This document shows, in pieces, positions 59,984 through 64,000 of a DNA stretch of 64,000 nt. The translations under genes were made by a program, and so were the position numbers. The notes beneath the pieces were generated by a model. It was not told where the DNA came from. It saw nothing but the letters and a program-made list of their open reading frames with translations, and searched no databases. Source of the stretch: Actinomycetota bacterium (lineage in GTDB: Bacteria; Actinomycetota; Aquicultoria; Subteraquimicrobiales; Subteraquimicrobiaceae); contig JASEGB010000001.1 of the NCBI GenBank assembly GCA_030018275.1, positions 4,380 through 68,379 on the forward strand. Reading direction: 5' to 3'. Positions within the stretch are counted from its first letter, which is position 1, and each line of letters opens with the position of its first letter.

Positions 59984-61138
59984 ATGATATCGGAAAGAGC
60001 CCAAAAAATACCACCTTTCATCGTCATGGACATTTTAGAGAGAGCCCAAGCCATGCAGAGAAAGGGAGAAAATATCATCCACCTGGAAATAGGTGAGCCG
60101 GATTTTGATACACCCGATTGCATAAAAGAAGCCGCATACAAAGCATTGAAAGAGGGGAAAACGGGTTACACTCACAGTCTGGGGCTCCCTGAACTTAGGG
60201 AAGCCATCTCGGAACACTATTACAGGAAATACAATGTAGAGGTAGCACCCGATCAAATAGTCATAACCTCTGGTACATCCCCAGCTATGTTCTTAATCTT
60301 CTCCGTTTTACTCAATCCCGGCAACGAAGTAATTTTATCCAACCCTTGCTACGCTTGCTATCCCAATTTCGTTGAATTCCTGGATGGCATCCCAATTTAC
60401 ATCAATGTCTATGAAGAGGATGGATTTCAGTATCGAGCGGAGAGGATAAGGGGAAAAATCAATCCCAAAACGAAGGCGATCTTCATCAATTCTCCATCGA
60501 ATCCCACAGGTAACCTATTATCGTTGAAAGTCATGGAAGAAATCGCGGAAATTGCCCATAAGAATTGCTTCGTCGTTTCCGATGAAATTTACCACGGTTT
60601 GGTATATGAGGGAAGAGAGCATTCCATCTTAGAATTCACCGATGAGGCCTTTGTCCTCAATGGATTTTCCAAAACCTATGCCATGACTGGCTGGAGGCTG
60701 GGATATGTAATTGCCCCCAAAGAGTTCATAAGACCAATGCAAAAAATACAGCAAAACTTCTTCATTTCGGCGAATAACTTCGTTCAATGGGCGGGAATCG
60801 CCGCTCTGAAAGAAGCTGGAGCAGATGTCAAGAGGATTGTCAAAATCTACAATCAAAGGAGGAAATATATCATCCCTAAGCTGAGAGAGATTGGATTCGG
60901 CATAAAAGTCGAGCCCACAGGCGCTTTCTATGTCCTGGCAAACGCAAAACATTTTGGTAATGATTCATACAAGTTAGCCCTTGAGATTCTAGAAAATGCA
61001 AAAGTCGCGGTCACTCCAGGCATCGACTTTGGAGATAATGCGGAAGGGTATATTCGTTTCTCCTATGCCAACTCGCTAGAGAACATAACAGAAGGTATGA
61101 ATCGGCTGGAGAAACACTTGAAGGGGAAAAACCGTTAG
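59984..61138 (+). CDS. PLP-dependent class I aminotransferase (AspC-like)
   Basis: GEPDF, NSPSNPTG, SDEIY, GFSKTYAMTGWRLG. Confidence 0.92.
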   Translation: MISERAQKIPPFIVMDILERAQAMQRKGENIIHLEIGEPDFDTPDCIKEAAYKALKEGKTGYTHSLGLPELREAISEHYYRKYNVEVAPDQIVITSGTSPAMFLIFSVLLNPGNEVILSNPCYACYPNFVEFLDGIPIYINVYEEDGFQYRAERIRGKINPKTKAIFINSPSNPTGNLLSLKVMEEIAEIAHKNCFVVSDEIYHGLVYEGREHSILEFTDEAFVLNGFSKTYAMTGWRLGYVIAPKEFIRPMQKIQQNFFISANNFVQWAGIAALKEAGADVKRIVKIYNQRRKYIIPKLREIGFGIKVEPTGAFYVLANAKHFGNDSYKLALEILENAKVAVTPGIDFGDNAEGYIRFSYANSLENITEGMNRLEKHLKGKNR

Positions 61139-61692
61139 TCCTCTTCAACGAGAGAGGCTACGTAGGGGAGATTTCTGTAGCGCTCTGCATAATCAAGTCC
61201 ATAACCTACGACGAAGACGTTGGGAATAGTAAAACCCACATAATCTATGTTTATGGGTACCTCTCGGCGTTCCTTTTTATCCAGAAGCGCACAGACCTTG
61301 AGGCTCGCTGGTTCTTTGGAGGCCAAGTAATCGAGAATGAATTTCAGAGTGTGACCAGTATCCACAATATCTTCCACCACAAGGACGTGTCTTCCATGAG
61401 CATCGACTTCAAGTTCTTTGGTAATCCTTACTTTCCCGGTGGTCTTCGTTCTTCGCCCATAGCTTGAGGTGGCCATAAAATCTATTTTTAATGGAATTGA
61501 GAGGTGCTTTAATAAATCCCCCAGGAACATGAAGGCACCTTTTAAGATGCATACCATCAAAAGATCTTTCTCTCTATAGTCTAAGGATATCCTACTCGCA
61601 AGTTCCTTAACCCTGGATTGGATTTGTTCTTGAGAGATGAGAACTTTTCCGACTTTCAAATTCGCCTCACAAATTCGCCCTTTTTGAGACAT
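61135..61692 (-). CDS. hpt: Hypoxanthine phosphoribosyltransferase
   Basis: ILKGA, SSYG, VEDIVDTG.TL, FVVGYGLDY. Confidence 0.95.
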   Translation of the reverse strand: MSQKGRICEANLKVGKVLISQEQIQSRVKELASRISLDYREKDLLMVCILKGAFMFLGDLLKHLSIPLKIDFMATSSYGRRTKTTGKVRITKELEVDAHGRHVLVVEDIVDTGHTLKFILDYLASKEPASLKVCALLDKKERREVPINIDYVGFTIPNVFVVGYGLDYAERYRNLPYVASLVEED

Positions 61693-61734
61693 CTCAATTT
61701 TACTGCCCGCCCGCCATGCAAGCAAGGCGTGCTT

Positions 61735-61914
61735 TTAACCTTTATCCCGTAATTCCTCCTTGTGTTTAATGAAGATTGGGCAGGACTCGCAATTGGGATA
61801 AACATGGCATAGACAACCCTGCTTAATTTCCCAACAGTCTATTCGCCTCTCATAGGCTGGACATTTTATGTAGTGGCTCGCCGGACATCCCTTTAAATCC
61901 CAGCAATTTCGCAT
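61735..61914 (-). CDS. Two-CW-domain Cys-rich mini-protein (not in ORF track)
   Basis: MRNCWDLKGCPASHYIKCPAYERRIDCWEIKQGCLCHVYPNCESCPIF...; 8 Cys; starts just after the upstream stop. Confidence 0.75.
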   Translation of the reverse strand: MRNCWDLKGCPASHYIKCPAYERRIDCWEIKQGCLCHVYPNCESCPIFIKHKEELRDKG

Positions 61915-61916
61915 TT

Positions 61917-62171
61917 CTATCCCCCCTGTCTCTTTCTTTTAATCCCATTTCGAATTCTTTCTTCCAATTCTTTTTCGCTTTTCACTGCCGATACATCGAT
62001 TCCCAGCTCCATGAATACCGAGAGAGCCGCTCGAATGATTTTCGTTCTGGGTAATTTATAGCCACCACTGAATTTCATCTGATAGGATAGGTCATCGAGG
62101 AATTCAACTTGAGGTCTTGTTAAAAATGTGGAAACACGCTGTAAAGATTCAAATTTTTCTTCACTCAGCAT
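61917..62171 (-). CDS. Ribbon-helix-helix-like protein (paralog B)
   Basis: RVSTFLT..QVEFLDDL...SGGYKL....IIRAAL; homologous to 62267-62521. Confidence 0.65.
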   Translation of the reverse strand: MLSEEKFESLQRVSTFLTRPQVEFLDDLSYQMKFSGGYKLPRTKIIRAALSVFMELGIDVSAVKSEKELEERIRNGIKRKRQGG

Positions 62172-62184
62172 TCCCTTGACCACC

Positions 62185-62240
62185 TTGCAAAAATTTGCAA
62201 ATTTGCAATTAATTATAGATGATAATGTGCTTTTGGTCAA
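62185..62240 (-). promoter_or_regulatory. Consensus promoter followed by three TTGCAA palindromes
   Basis: TTGACC-17-TATAAT; TTGCAA at 62185, 62195 and 62203. Confidence 0.65.
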
Positions 62241-62266
62241 GGGTTATTTTACACTAAGGCACCGGT

Positions 62267-62521
62267 CTATTTTTGCCTTTTACCCCTGTATTGAGCCTTT
62301 GCCTCCATTATTCTTTCTTTTAACTCATCCTCATCCTTGACACCAGTAACATCTATATCCAGTTGCATAAGAGTTTTTATTGCTGCTCTAACGATGGCTG
62401 TATTGGCGAGCTTACGTCCACCAGAAACTTTGGATTTTAGACTCAAATTCTCCAAGTAACTGAACATCTCTTCGGGCATGGTTATGGGCACACGGAGATA
62501 GTTCTTCCTACTCTTCTTCAT
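62267..62521 (-). CDS. Ribbon-helix-helix-like protein (paralog A)
   Basis: RVPITMPEEMFSYLENL...SGGRKL....IVRAAI. Confidence 0.65.
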   Translation of the reverse strand: MKKSRKNYLRVPITMPEEMFSYLENLSLKSKVSGGRKLANTAIVRAAIKTLMQLDIDVTGVKDEDELKERIMEAKAQYRGKRQK

Positions 62522-62678
62522 TTATCACACTCCCCTCAAAGCTTTTCAGAGCTTTTTTAAATTATATGGCTATATGAAATATTTTTCTACCATACAGTTT
62601 TTTAATAGTTTGGTCAAGTGTTCAGCTGTCCAGAAAAAAAGAAAGCTGCTAGAGAGGTATATGGAGAGGGTGAACGGA

Positions 62679-62951
62679 CTATTTATCTTCGCCGCCTGAG
62701 GTTTTACCCGATTCTTCCAAGGGAAAGATCATGATAATATCCTCTCTATTGACGGCCACGAAACTTAAATTATATAAGACTTTATCCTCAGTGGCGTGAA
62801 GGATCTTGGCATCAGTGATGGGGAAAAAATCTTTTGTCTTGACATTTACGATATCTGTGAGGCGGCTTCCCCGCAGAATATACATATCCCCCTCTATCCT
62901 GTAAAGAGGAGTACATATCACCACTCTGACCTTCTCCTTCTCTGTATACAT
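62679..62951 (-). CDS. Small beta-rich hypothetical protein (DUF6812-like)
   Basis: YRIEG......RLTD.VN...FFPITDA...FVAVNREDI; strong RBS. Confidence 0.6.
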   Translation of the reverse strand: MYTEKEKVRVVICTPLYRIEGDMYILRGSRLTDIVNVKTKDFFPITDAKILHATEDKVLYNLSFVAVNREDIIMIFPLEESGKTSGGEDK

Positions 62952-62983
62952 TTATAACTCCTCCCAAATTTAATCCATTTTAG

Positions 62984-63011
62984 TTATCGGCTTAATCAAC
63001 GCCAAAGATTA
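62984..63011 (-). promoter_or_regulatory. sigma28/WhiG-like promoter
   Basis: TAAT-N16-GCCGATAA. Confidence 0.55.
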
Positions 63012-63038
63012 GCGGGAAGATGAAATTGTGAGAAATTT

Positions 63039-64000
63039 TTATATCAGAAAGAGACATATGGCCAATACCATCACCATCATGACTATCACCAAAACATTGA
63101 AGCTCATATCACGAGTGTACTCCCGGATAGCCGCTCTTGTTTCAGCGACTTTGCGCTGGGTAACGTACCTCTCCACCGTCCAGGGAACCCTTTCCTCAGT
63201 AACAGCTTCCGCAAGGATACGCAACATCGTCCTCAACCAATCCATCGATTTGTGCCAAAGTGTTTCCTCCACAGCTCGATAGCCGACTTGAACTCGCCTG
63301 TATTCCGCCGTGACTTTCTTTAATATTATATCCATTGCCTCCTCAGTCACCTTCGATTCCGCCAATTTTCTATATTCGGATAAACTTCTCTGCATCATAA
63401 CACCCAAAGCCTCCGCGGTGGGACCCTTCGCCTCAGCCATTCTATCCGCAACCTCTCTGACAACACCCGCAATTATATCGATACTCGCCGCCGCGGGTTT
63501 CTTTGCCACTTTGACGCTGGCTTCCTTTATAACCTCTCTTATCTCCTCCAGTTTCTCCCCGGTGGTGAGCTCGACCTCAGCTCCCTTTGCACCGGCTTCT
63601 CTCAGTACATCGACCAACCTCATGAGATCCACAAGTCTCCTTCTTCTCTCAGCCGCAGGTAACCCCGCTTCTGCCATCCTCAATATCGCCTCTCTGAACA
63701 TATCGAGTTCCGCCTGGGCTATGGCCTCCGCTTCTTTCGTGGCCTCTCCCCTTACATGAGCAAGCTTCTTTCTCCTCTCCTCAGGGGGTACTTCCGCTCT
63801 TATCATCTCAAGAGTCGCTTGCCTCACCGCCTTTCTAACCATGGCTATTTTTCTCTCCTCTAATGTTTCAAGAAGTTCCCTTCTCTCGACAGCGACCTCT
63901 TCCTCCTCAGGCAAACCAAATATGACAGGGACCACCACATCTTGGAATCTTCTTTTGTATTTCGTTATTTGCCTAGGCATCGATAGGAAGGCATCGGCCA
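63039..64000 (-). CDS. Helical, charged hypothetical protein with C-terminal TM (probably partial; frame open to the window edge)
   Basis: Long E/K/R/A-rich ORF ending VLVIVMMVMVLAICLFLI. Confidence 0.6.
   Translation of the reverse strand, partial: ADAFLSMPRQITKYKRRFQDVVVPVIFGLPEEEEVAVERRELLETLEERKIAMVRKAVRQATLEMIRAEVPPEERRKKLAHVRGEATKEAEAIAQAELDMFREAILRMAEAGLPAAERRRRLVDLMRLVDVLREAGAKGAEVELTTGEKLEEIREVIKEASVKVAKKPAAASIDIIAGVVREVADRMAEAKGPTAEALGVMMQRSLSEYRKLAESKVTEEAMDIILKKVTAEYRRVQVGYRAVEETLWHKSMDWLRTMLRILAEAVTEERVPWTVERYVTQRKVAETRAAIREYTRDMSFNVLVIVMMVMVLAICLFLI

Noticed and set aside
61735..61914. Structured ncRNA or purine riboswitch upstream of hpt
   Set aside because: No purine-riboswitch core was found; the region is better explained by the 59-aa two-CW ORF.
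3226..63759. Numerous antisense or nested 60-190 aa ORFs over housekeeping genes
   Set aside because: They are shadow frames of well-supported genes with no independent motifs.

Overview
This is a 64 kb, mostly core-chromosomal window from an anaerobic monoderm bacterium. The Firmicutes-like yacL-ispDF-cysES-sigH order, GAAC-N4-GTTC SOS boxes and a BldD-like regulator suggest a deep-branching Actinomycetota, but the taxonomy is inference only. Contents in order: (1) a decayed MNT-HEPN/integrase island around tRNA-Thr; (2) sigH, a collapsed rlmB, cysS-cysE-ispF-ispD-yacL; (3) a heme pathway (hemL, ahbD, hemB ... hemD, hemC, hemA, ccsA), split by tRNA-Ala, a pseudogenised Flp/Tad pilus locus and an intact XRE/ImmA pair; (4) System I* ccm genes; (5) moa/moe/tup genes under a Moco/Tuco-type riboswitch; (6) a Tat-exported selenocysteine formate dehydrogenase with accessory genes; (7) a mixed metabolic run (mtnP, ThiI-like, psd, GCS2 ligase, DUF523, MgtC); (8) SOS-boxed sbcDC, translin, hslO, an aminotransferase, hpt and an RHH/two-CW module. 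Most notable: a candidate regulatory circuit in which a BldD-like repressor paired with an ImmA/IrrE protease, with shared TNAC-N5-GTNA boxes and sigma28/WhiG-like promoters, controls the Flp pilin; a metallothionein-like 17-Cys insert in TadG; apparent in-frame loss of the CobA domain from a CobA-HemD fusion; and a dense, nested population of tiny repeats (heptamer arrays, CCTG...CAGG palindromes and a MITE-like family), some translated inside proteins. No CRISPR array, rRNA or intact transposase was seen.
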